From a virus (Duplodnaviria > Caudoviricetes), in IMG/VR virus record IMGVR_UViG_2895778652_000001, positions 28,986 to 92,985 of that record: a stretch of 64,000 nucleotides of DNA; one strand, written 5' to 3'. The notes under the pieces were generated by a model that saw nothing but the letters and a program-made list of their open reading frames with translations, had not been told where the DNA came from and searched no databases. Below, piece by piece: positions 54,573 to 63,300 of the stretch; position 1 is the stretch's first letter, and every line of letters starts with the position of its first letter. The position numbers and the translations under genes were made by a program.

Positions 54573-54961
54573 CTACCCAGGAGCAGCATGTCGCCCGTTC
54601 AAGTTCCATTGAGGCGTCCCTCGGGATTCCGAACACCGAGTTCTGTGACCCTTACGGCCCGCTCCTGATCCCGTACCTTGCGCCTTCCTGGCGGGAAATC
54701 CGCATCGTGCAGGCGCTGAGACAGATGGATGTGGAGGAGCAGACGGGCGCGATTTATCTGCTGGTCCACCGCCGTCTGCCCGGCCTGACCTATGACGAGT
54801 TCGAGGACCTGACCGGGCCGGACCACTTCCCCGCGTGGTGGACGGCCACGCAGCCGCCGCGCTCAGGTGAGGGTGGTGACCCGGATTTTTCGACTGGCCG
54901 AGTGCCCTCGCGGCCCTCGGCCTTCTCCAGCCTGCTGTCCAGTGGTTCGACGCCCCGCTAG
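54569..54961 (+). CDS. Tail assembly chaperone (gpG-like)
   Basis: Acidic ORF (PGLTYDEFEDL) with a slippery site near the 3' end. Confidence 0.65.
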   Translation: MTTQEQHVARSSSIEASLGIPNTEFCDPYGPLLIPYLAPSWREIRIVQALRQMDVEEQTGAIYLLVHRRLPGLTYDEFEDLTGPDHFPAWWTATQPPRSGEGGDPDFSTGRVPSRPSAFSSLLSSGSTPR

Positions 54962-55293
54962 ACCAGATCAAGTACGCCCTGCACGCGCACGCCGAGAGTG
55001 AGGGGCGGCAGTGGCAGCGGCAGGTCTGGGGCGCGGCCCTGTCCTGGGGCGCAGAGGCCCCGAAAGACCTGAACAGCCGCATCCTGCCCGACTTCCGGCG
55101 CAGGGGAGAGGGTGGGCCGGTCAGTCGGTCCACGCCGTACCCCGTGCATGCCGAGGTGGCGCAGGGACTGGGTGAGGCCATGCGGCTGGGCCTGCTGAAT
55201 GGGCCAGTCTGGACGCGCTGGCCTGCGGGGCGGGATGGACGGCCCCTCATTCAAATCTGGGATGGGGTGGCTTTGACGGGAGGGCTGAAGTGA
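54883..55293 (+). CDS. -1 frameshift extension of the tail chaperone (gpT-like)
   Basis: G-GAT-TTT-T at 54883-90; the -1 frame is open (FDWPSALAALG...GGLK*) to TGA 55291-93 with no start codon near its 5' end. Confidence 0.7.
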   Translation, partial: GFFDWPSALAALGLLQPAVQWFDAPLDQIKYALHAHAESEGRQWQRQVWGAALSWGAEAPKDLNSRILPDFRRRGEGGPVSRSTPYPVHAEVAQGLGEAMRLGLLNGPVWTRWPAGRDGRPLIQIWDGVALTGGLK

Positions 55294-55373
55294 CTGGGAA
55301 CCGCCTATTGCAAAAGCGGGGGAACAGCCTCCCGGCTCTCTGGAAGATGGGAACGCTATCCTTTTTCCCATCA

Positions 55374-55835
55374 ATGGCACAAGACAAGGCGCGTAAGGCC
55401 GATGAGGCCAAAGACTTCAAGCGGCAGCTCCAGCGGCTCTCCCCGGGCTTTTACGTGATTCGTATCACGAATGACAAATCAGTCATCCTGAACACGCAGC
55501 CCCTTCATGTTGCCTGGCGCTTCATGACCAGTTCATGGCTGATGGCCCTGCTGATCGACACCGCCCAGGCTTTTATTGCGGCGGTCAGCATCACCATCGG
55601 ATCGCTTGCCACCACATTTGTGATTGAGTTGGTCTCCAATTTCTTCCGCACTGCTGATCCGCCCATTTTCTTAATCTCGGCCATAGGTTGGGTTGGTGAT
55701 AGAGCTGCGGTGATCACTTTTGTATGGTTCATCCTAGGCGGACTTGCTTTGAGGGTGAGAGAGTGGTATAGGTCAAAATGGAAGACCGGAGACCCAGAAG
55801 ACGCCTCGCCTTTCAAGGACGGTGATACCTCATGA
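55374..55835 (+). CDS. Membrane protein (moron)
   Basis: Two to three hydrophobic helices; visibly lower GC. Confidence 0.6.
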   Translation: MAQDKARKADEAKDFKRQLQRLSPGFYVIRITNDKSVILNTQPLHVAWRFMTSSWLMALLIDTAQAFIAAVSITIGSLATTFVIELVSNFFRTADPPIFLISAIGWVGDRAAVITFVWFILGGLALRVREWYRSKWKTGDPEDASPFKDGDTS

Positions 55836-56413
55836 TCCAGCACACCAAGAATTCGCATCGGCGGACGGGATTGGTAGGACGCATTTCGGCAAACCACCCT
55901 GGTGTCGATCTGCTCAGGATGCTGGTGTTCTTTGTCGCACTGGGGGTGTATCTCGCGGTTCTGGCGGCGCTGACACTGCTGATCCTGAATGGACGTATTC
56001 AATCGGAGAGTGAGGCGGTGGCTGTTTCGGCCCTCGTCTGCGCACCTGCGCTGCTTGTGTTCCTGATCTTCTATTCCACGAGTCCCATTCTCTGGACGCT
56101 GGATCACGAGTGGCGATACAAGGAATTTGGCGCAGCTTACGCGCTTGCCACGGTGGTCACCGCGCTGTTGACCGCCTCATTGATTGAGCGCCCGGAGGTC
56201 TTCTCCTTAGTTGTGGCGGTTCTGGCGCTGGCGGCCACAGCCTTACCGAGTCTGCGCAGATTCCTGGTGCGGATTGCCCGGTCTTTCAAGGTTGTGGTTG
56301 CGGCAGGTCTCTTGTTTCTGGGACCTGGAACACAGGGTTTTGCGCAGACTCTGCGTCAATCCACTGGCCTGCCGTTTTCGCTTGTGAGGCTTGAGACCCA
56401 CAAGGACCACTGA
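55832..56413 (+). CDS. Multi-pass membrane protein (moron)
   Basis: Four to five hydrophobic helices; ATGA-coupled. Confidence 0.6.
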   Translation: MIQHTKNSHRRTGLVGRISANHPGVDLLRMLVFFVALGVYLAVLAALTLLILNGRIQSESEAVAVSALVCAPALLVFLIFYSTSPILWTLDHEWRYKEFGAAYALATVVTALLTASLIERPEVFSLVVAVLALAATALPSLRRFLVRIARSFKVVVAAGLLFLGPGTQGFAQTLRQSTGLPFSLVRLETHKDH

Positions 56414-56559
56414 ACGCCACTCGCTTCAATCGGCTCTCTCCGCGCATATTCGTCTATCAACGCCCCGGCATTCGCTGGGGCTTTTACTTGGCCCTGATCG
56501 GGGCAGGAGGTTTGAAGTGAATGCAGAAAGAAGCCCGCCGAAGCGGGAGCGGGAGGGGA

Positions 56560-56778
56560 TCAGGCTGAGAGTGCGAGCTTCCATACGCGCTCAGGCACAT
56601 CCACGCCCAGCACGCCAGCAGACTTCTTGGACAGGTGCAGAACCTCGATGCCAATGACCTTTCCAGCACGGCTGAAGTCAAGCATATAGCCCTCTCCGAG
56701 TTCCTCGGTGCGGTGGACTTTGCCCTTGCGAAGGCGGATGTAAGCGGCGTCGGCTTCAGTGTCGATACGGATTTCCAT
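56560..56778 (-). CDS. DUF2283-family putative antitoxin
   Basis: DTEADAAYIRL...LDFS..GKVIGIEVL. Confidence 0.85.
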   Translation of the reverse strand: MEIRIDTEADAAYIRLRKGKVHRTEELGEGYMLDFSRAGKVIGIEVLHLSKKSAGVLGVDVPERVWKLALSA

Positions 56779-57068
56779 TAGCGGTTCCTCCTTCCCTTGG
56801 GTTTCTTAGGCGCGTCCGGGCGTTCCCGGCGGAGCGTGATGATGAGAACAGTTTGCACCACCGGCCCACCCTCCAACTGGCGATACCACACTTTAAGCAC
56901 CGTCCCCGGCGAAGTCTCACGGCTCGCAATAAAAACATCCGGGTCTTCACCATCCAGCTTGATCATCTCAGGCTGAGTCAACGTGCGCTCCACCGCCTGT
57001 TTCGTGATGTTGCGGTTGAACAACTGGTACTCAGCGTGGGCGGTGTACTTGAAGACTGGCGGGGTCAC
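56778..57068 (-). CDS. DUF4258-family putative RNase toxin
   Basis: YTAHAEYQLFNRNITKQAVERTL..P...LKV...VLIIT. Confidence 0.8.
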   Translation of the reverse strand: MTPPVFKYTAHAEYQLFNRNITKQAVERTLTQPEMIKLDGEDPDVFIASRETSPGTVLKVWYRQLEGGPVVQTVLIITLRRERPDAPKKPKGRRNR

Positions 57069-57292
57069 TCGTCTGTGAATTCCAGAAGATCGGCAAGCCC
57101 TACAGGCGCACCAGTCATCTCGCGGAGCGTCTTAATCAGCGTGTCCAGCGTGTCAAATTTCACCTGTTTCGTGTCGGCTCGGGAGATTTCATAGATCGCA
57201 TTCCGGCTGATCTTCCCCTGGGTCTTCTCCGATAAGCGGTAGGGCGTGATGCCGTGCTGCTCTAGAAATTCGCCTACGCGCCACCGAACCAT
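57065..57292 (-). CDS. Cro/C1-type HTH repressor heading the TA operon
   Basis: FLEQHGITPYRLSE..ISRNAIY...FDTL; leaderless TACACT-N6-ATG. Confidence 0.85.
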   Translation of the reverse strand: MVRWRVGEFLEQHGITPYRLSEKTQGKISRNAIYEISRADTKQVKFDTLDTLIKTLREMTGAPVGLADLLEFTDE

Positions 57293-57345
57293 CCCGCCAG
57301 TGTACGGGCGGTCTCCATATATGTCTAAGGCTTCCATGCATGCAT

Positions 57346-57389
57346 GTTACACCTATAGGTTGACACTATGCAACCTATAGGTGTAACCT
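57346..57389. promoter_or_regulatory. Perfect 17-bp inverted-repeat operator overlapping a TTGACA-N18-TAACCT promoter
   Basis: GTTACACCTATAGGTTG-N8-CAACCTATAGGTGTAAC; each arm contains the palindrome ACCTATAGGT. Confidence 0.8.
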
Positions 57390-57459
57390 TTGGGCAGCAG
57401 AAAAGGGCCCTACTTCTCACGGCATGGCCCCCCTTTCTGCGAACCCCAAGGAGGTTCGT

Positions 57460-57738
57460 ATGCCAGTTTACGCTGAAGCCCCCGCAAAAGTTCCCGCCAT
57501 CTCCCGCACCTGGGACGCCCACACCATTGACCGCGAGTGCGGCGTGGTGGTCAGCGTCAGGACCTACCGCGTCACCCTGAGCCGCCAGACGGGCGAGATG
57601 ATCGCCACGGTGGACGGCAAGCAGGTGCCTGTGCTGGAAGCAGACCGCATTCTGAAAGGCGCGGCCCTGACCCTGGTCAGTGAGATCATCCCCACCCCCA
57701 GCTACCTGCTGGAACTGGCGCAGGGGGTGGCGGCGTGA
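57460..57738 (+). CDS. Hypothetical protein
   Basis: AAGGAGG SD. Confidence 0.6.
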   Translation: MPVYAEAPAKVPAISRTWDAHTIDRECGVVVSVRTYRVTLSRQTGEMIATVDGKQVPVLEADRILKGAALTLVSEIIPTPSYLLELAQGVAA

Positions 57739-58076
57739 CCGGGAAGGAGGCGACTCCCAGCGCAGAGCGGATCACCTGCGAGATGTGCGGCGCTCCGCAT
57801 GCCACGGTGATCACCCTTCGGGATCATGACTGGCTGCTTTGCTCAGCCTGCCTTCAGGACGAGGTGATCTGGGAGGCAAGTGCCCAGCACCTCAAGGCGA
57901 TGGTGCGTGAGGTCTTCGACGCGTGGCTGGATGCCTGGGCGGACAATCCCACGTACCGCCTCCAGTGGAGCGGACTTCACAGCGCTCTTTCTGAGCCGTT
58001 CGATCTGCCCGTGCTGGCCGCCGAGGTGCTGACGGCCCGTGGCATCGTGCCTCGCCACACCAAGGGCCGCAAATGA
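57735..58076 (+). CDS. Zn-finger hypothetical protein
   Basis: CEMCG...LCSAC. Confidence 0.55.
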   Translation: MTGKEATPSAERITCEMCGAPHATVITLRDHDWLLCSACLQDEVIWEASAQHLKAMVREVFDAWLDAWADNPTYRLQWSGLHSALSEPFDLPVLAAEVLTARGIVPRHTKGRK

Positions 58077-58189
58077 CCATCTCCAAGGTCCGCACCGGGG
58101 CGCACGCCCACCTGAACGCCGCCTGACACCCGCCCTTCCCAGCCCGCCCCAGTGGCGGGCGGGCGTCATTGCACATCTTCGGAGGCACC

Positions 58190-58867
58190 ATGAGCCGCAA
58201 ACCCAGAAACAAGAAGCAGATCAAGAAGCCCCAGCAGCAGGCCATGTTCGATCATCACCCCCTGGAAATCCCTTACAAGCGTGGCAAGGTTCCGCAGGTG
58301 GTGGTCCGCTCCGTTTTCCGTGAGCCAGGCGCAGTGATGGGCGCGTTTGCCGTGAATTGGATGAGCGTCCAGCAGCTTTCCACCATGCTCTACGGCGTGT
58401 TTTACGGCAAGGAAGAACACTTCGTGCAGGCGCGGCTGCTGTTGAGAAAGACCGGGGTCAATCTGCGGCCCAACCGCACTTACTTTGAGGGGCTGGCACT
58501 GATCGAGAAGGCGCTGCCCAACCTGCTCAGCCGCGAAGACCTGGCCGTCGCCCTGGATGTGGAGCTGAAGGACGTGGATACCATGATCCGCTACCTGCGC
58601 GGCTTCGTGATGACCATGTGCGGCCTGAGCATCCTGAAGAACTCGCACGGTGAAGTCAGCATCGCCACCATCGATATGTGGATGGACTGGCAGAACCACC
58701 TGACCCGCACGCAGAACGGCATTCAGAGAAGCAAGGAAAAGCAGGGCTACAAGGAAGACAACCTCAAGCCCAACGGCCTGCGCGTGGCCGAAAGGCTGCC
58801 CAGCATTCAGCCGATGATGCTCGAAATCATTCCCCCCAGAGGACGTGTCAAGAATGCCGGAGACTGA
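58190..58867 (+). CDS. Hypothetical protein, possibly DNA-binding
   Basis: GGAGG SD; basic N-terminus; SREDLAVALDV HTH-like segment. Confidence 0.6.
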   Translation: MSRKPRNKKQIKKPQQQAMFDHHPLEIPYKRGKVPQVVVRSVFREPGAVMGAFAVNWMSVQQLSTMLYGVFYGKEEHFVQARLLLRKTGVNLRPNRTYFEGLALIEKALPNLLSREDLAVALDVELKDVDTMIRYLRGFVMTMCGLSILKNSHGEVSIATIDMWMDWQNHLTRTQNGIQRSKEKQGYKEDNLKPNGLRVAERLPSIQPMMLEIIPPRGRVKNAGD

Positions 58868-59792
58868 TCTGCAACCCCTGTTCGATTACGACGATCTGAC
58901 GCCCCAGGTGCGCGAGATGGTGCAGGAACACACTGGGGAGATTCGCACCCTGGCCCGCCGCGCCGCACAGGACATTGTGGAGATCGGCCAGCGGCTGATC
59001 CAAGTCAGGGATGCCCTGGGCTACGGCGAATTCGATAGCTGGCTAAAAGCTGAATTCGACTGGAGTCGCCGCGCCGCATATAACTTCATCAAGGTTGCCG
59101 AGGTTTTCGGAAGTGCAAATTTTGCACAACTGGATATTGCCCCCTCTGCCCTCTACGCCCTTGCCAGTGGCACGATGCCCGCGCCGCTGCGTGAGGAGAT
59201 CGTTGAACGCGCCCAGGCCGGGGAGCCGATCACCCGGAAACTGGTGGTGGAACGCCTGGAGCAGCACCATCAGCAGTTCGTCCCGGATGCCGCGCCGCCG
59301 CCCGTAGAGCCACCCAGTCCGCCACCCGTCGCTGAGGTTGCCGCACCTCCAGCGCCGCCCGTGCTAGCAAGGGCCGTGACTCCTCCCTTGACTAAGCGCC
59401 CCTTTACGCCCTTGCCCCGCGAGATTGAGGATCTGGAACTGGAGGACGGCACAGTGATTCAGGTGCCCTCGCTGCCCTTGCTTCCCCGGGAGCAGGAACT
59501 CAAGCAGCGTGACTACGCCAAAGCTGCGGCCCGTTTCGACAGCGCCGCCTCGAAAGTCCTGGCTGCCCTGACGGCCCTGGATGTGTACAGCATGGATGAA
59601 GTGGCGCAGATTGCCCAGAGTCCAGAGGGGAGACAGCTCTACGGCCCGGTGCGCGTGACCCGGATCAAAGAAATGTTGGAGCAGCTTCATCAGAAGTGGG
59701 TGGGCGCTCCTGACCAGACCCGCACCATTGATGCCGCGCCGTTGCTGGACGTGAAAGCAAAAAAGGATGAACGGGTGCTGGAGCTGAACTGA
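58854..59792 (+). CDS. DUF3102-domain protein
   Basis: IVEIGQRLIQVRDALGYGEFDSWLKAEFDWSRRAAYNFIKV. Confidence 0.8.
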   Translation: MPETDLQPLFDYDDLTPQVREMVQEHTGEIRTLARRAAQDIVEIGQRLIQVRDALGYGEFDSWLKAEFDWSRRAAYNFIKVAEVFGSANFAQLDIAPSALYALASGTMPAPLREEIVERAQAGEPITRKLVVERLEQHHQQFVPDAAPPPVEPPSPPPVAEVAAPPAPPVLARAVTPPLTKRPFTPLPREIEDLELEDGTVIQVPSLPLLPREQELKQRDYAKAAARFDSAASKVLAALTALDVYSMDEVAQIAQSPEGRQLYGPVRVTRIKEMLEQLHQKWVGAPDQTRTIDAAPLLDVKAKKDERVLELN

Positions 59793-59848
59793 CGCGCCCA
59801 CATCCGCACCCGCGCCCTGGCACTCGCTGGGGCGTTTATCTTGGGGGC

Positions 59849-60253
59849 ATGACCCTGGACCCTGAGACAAACGCCCGCATTGAAGCCGAGGAAGCCTACC
59901 GGGCGCAGGTGCGACGCACGGGCCAGCGTAAGGGCTTCTGGGAATGGGCGGCGGTACTGATCGGGGTTCCAATCGCCGTCCTGGCCGCGCTGGCGATCTG
60001 GGGTTCTCTTGCTCCCTCCACGCCTGACTACCAAACCAGTTTTCTGGTGGCCTGCCAGCGCGGCGTGCGCGAAAAGCTCAAGGCCCCATCTACCGCAAAG
60101 TTTGGGAATGAGATAGGCCGTGACGTGCTGACGGTGACGAGTGGTTACCGTCTGAATGGGACAATAGAGGCGCAAAACAGTTTCGGTGCGTTGATTCAAT
60201 CCACCTATCAATGCACGGGCAGCAGCACAAATCTAGAAATAGACATTGAATAG
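59849..60253 (+). CDS. Single-TM protein with LKAPSTAKF / AQNSFGA domain
   Basis: Leaderless TATCTT-N6-ATG; one TM helix. Confidence 0.7.
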   Translation: MTLDPETNARIEAEEAYRAQVRRTGQRKGFWEWAAVLIGVPIAVLAALAIWGSLAPSTPDYQTSFLVACQRGVREKLKAPSTAKFGNEIGRDVLTVTSGYRLNGTIEAQNSFGALIQSTYQCTGSSTNLEIDIE

Positions 60254-60283
60254 ATCGCCTCTCAGGTTCATAACCATTCACGC

Positions 60284-60303
60284 CGCCCTTCCGGGCGGTT
60301 TTT
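60284..60303 (+). terminator. Intrinsic terminator before the TMP gene
   Basis: CCGCCC-TTCC-GGGCGG-TTTTT. Confidence 0.65.
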
Positions 60304-60327
60304 CGTTGCCCTGGAGGTGACTAAACC

Positions 60328-63300
60328 ATGACCAAAGGTCAATCTGTGGGCGGCCTCTTTATCGATACGGGCCTAGATTTGACAGGCATCGAGCGTGATC
60401 TTCAGAAGGCCCGTCAGTTTGTTGAGCGTACCAACGGTGTGAAGCTGAACATCGACAACCGCGCGGCAAAGACTGCGATTGAGCAGGTTAAGGCTGATCT
60501 GGCTGCCCTCAAGGGAATGTCAGAGCGGGACGCTCAGGCCCGCGCGCAAGCTGCCCGACTGCTGGGGACGGCTTACAAAGAGCAGGCTGGGGCCATCCGG
60601 GGCGTGACGGCAGAACTCAAAACCCTGTCAGCCCAGTCGGTCCTGACCGCGCGGCTAGGCGCACAGGCAGACCGCGAGGCGGCGGCGGCAGTCCGGGCAC
60701 TCGTGACGGCCCGCAAGGAAGCGGCAACACTGGCGGGACGGGCAGGCAACGCCGCAGACCTCGCACGGGCACAGACGGCTTTACAGGGCATCATGCAAAC
60801 GCTGGGCAAACTCCAGAACACTGGAACGGTGCGCCTGAAGTTTGATTTGACCAGCGTCAATGCTGAGCTGGCCCGCCTCCAGGGCCGCTCGGTGTTGCTG
60901 AAAGTCAGCTTCTCGAATTTCGACGCGATCAAGAATGACCTGACCACCCTCAAGGGCATGTTGAACGGCCTCGGCGCGAACATGCAATACCGCGTGACCG
61001 TGAACACCACGGCGCTGAATGCGGTGTACACGCAAATCAACACCCAGATCACGGCCCTTCAGAGCCTGATCAGCCAGCTCCGCGCTCTCGGTGGTGGTGG
61101 GGGCGGCGGTGGCGGCGGCGGACGCGGTGGGCCGGGCATCTCAGCAGCTAATCGGGCACTCCTGGCCGAGCTGGAAGCCCTGAACAACCAGTGGAAGCGC
61201 GGGGACGTAAACGCCGCGCAGTTCGGTTCCCAGCTCACTGCCCTGCAAGGCCGTCTCCGCACGGCGTCTGCCGGGGCCACAGCCGGGACAGCCGACTTCA
61301 AGGCGCTGGACGCTGGATTGACCCGCCTGACGGGCAGCCTGCGCTCCATTAACACCGACGCCTTCCAGCGGATCAGGACCGAGGCTGGAGCCATGCGGGC
61401 GGCGTTCGACACGGCCACGGCGGGCGTGCGGCGCAATTCCACCGAGTTCCGGGCCGCATCTGCCGTCTATGCCGCCGAAAGTGCGCGGATCACCGCCAGT
61501 TTGCAGACGATGGCCCGCAGTGGCAACCTGACCACCACGCAGCTTGGTCAGGTCAACCGCGAGATTCAGCGCCTCGCCCGTGAGCAGAACACCATCCGGG
61601 GCGGCATCAATGCGGGTGGCCTGTCCGGCAACATCGTCAACAGCTTCGGGATGCTGCCCGGTCAACTGGGCATGATGGCTTCCCAGGGCGGCGCGGCCAT
61701 CAATGCCTTCCAGGGCATCGCCTCTGCTGCTGGCCCTGCTGGGCTGGCTGTGGGTGGGCTTGCCCTGGTGGTGGGCGGCGCGGCGCTGGCGGCAACCAAA
61801 GCGGTCAACGAGTACGCCAAATTTGAGAAGGGGCTGGCGCAGATCGCTACGCTGACTGACAAGACCACCGCCCAGCTCGGGGACACTGGACGCGCGATCC
61901 TGAAGATGAGCGGCGACGTGGGGGCCACCTACACGGATCTCAACGCGGGTCTGTATGACGTGCTGGGTGCAGGGGTCAAGGGCACTGAGGACATGACGGC
62001 CAGCCTGGCGCTGCTCAAGCAGTCCGCTGAACTGGCGCGCGCTGGAGCCACGGAGACTGCCACTGCCACCGACGTGCTGACCAGCGTGTTGAACGCCTAC
62101 AAACTGGAAGCGTCTGACGCCACAATGGTCAGCGATAAACTCTTTAAGGCCGTCGACGACGGCAAGATGAGCTTCTCGCAACTCGCCCAGAGTCTCGGTA
62201 TGGTGCTGCCCACCGCCAAAATGGCCGGCCTGAGTCTGGACGAGGTGCTGGGCAGCGTGGCCGCACTGACCGCGCAGGGCATCAAGCCGTCCTCCGCCAT
62301 CGAATACCTGCGCTCGGCGCTGACGAACATCATCAAGCCCAGCATGCAGGCAAAAGAGACCGCCAAAGATCTCGGTATCCAGTTCAATGCCCAGGCGCTG
62401 GCAGCCAAGGGCCTCGTGCCATTCCTGCGCGACGTGATCGAGAAGACCGACGGCAACAGCGAGGCGATGGCCCGGCTGTTCGGCGACGTGGGCGGTCTGA
62501 CCGCCGTGACGGGTCTGGCTAACGGCAATTTCGAGCGCCTGACCGCCACCCTGGAAGGGCAGGCGAACGCGGCAGGTAAAACGGCGGAAGCCTACGGCAA
62601 GGTGGCCGCCACCATCAGCCAGAAATCTGATGAGGTTTCGGCCAAATGGAAGTCGCTGTGGGTGAATGTGGGCGAGCTGTTTGCGTCTACCAAAACCAGC
62701 GTGCTGGACGGTATCAACGACATGCTCACGGGCCTGAACGACGTGTTGAGCAAGTTCAATCAGGCGCGTGACCTGAAAAACGGCGTCGGCAAGTCGGATC
62801 TGCTCAAGCAGAAGGAGGCCAAGGAAGAGGAACTGGCCACGGCCAGAAGCCAATTGGCGTCTGCGCAGAGCGTGGCGGATGCGCAGCAACGCGCGACGGG
62901 CAAAGTGTCAGAGCAGTTCCAGCCCCGTCTGGACGCCCAGAAAGCCAAGGTGGCTGCGCTGGAAGCCGCAGTGGCAGACCTGAGCTTTCAGGTGCAGCAG
63001 GAGGCCCAGGCCAACGGCACCTTCACTGGCCCGCTTCAGACCGGTGGCCCAGCGGGTGTGGCCCTGACGGCGGCGGGAGCCGACGCCCTGGGCGCAAAGG
63101 TGGTCGAGGCCGGGGCGGGCAAGCTGGGACAGGTCAGCGCCGACAGCATCGTGAATTACTGCGCCCAGTGGGTGCGGCTCGTGCTTGGCAAGGCCACACC
63201 AGAAGTGGCAGGCAAGATCAATGCCCTGTTCCAGACCGACAGCAATGGGGACGGCAAAACCGAGGCCACCGATGCCGCCCGTAACCTGCTCAAGGCGGGT

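Noticed and set aside
61090-61137. GGT/GGC trinucleotide run
   Set aside because: It encodes a poly-Gly linker in the tape measure protein and is not a separate repeat element.
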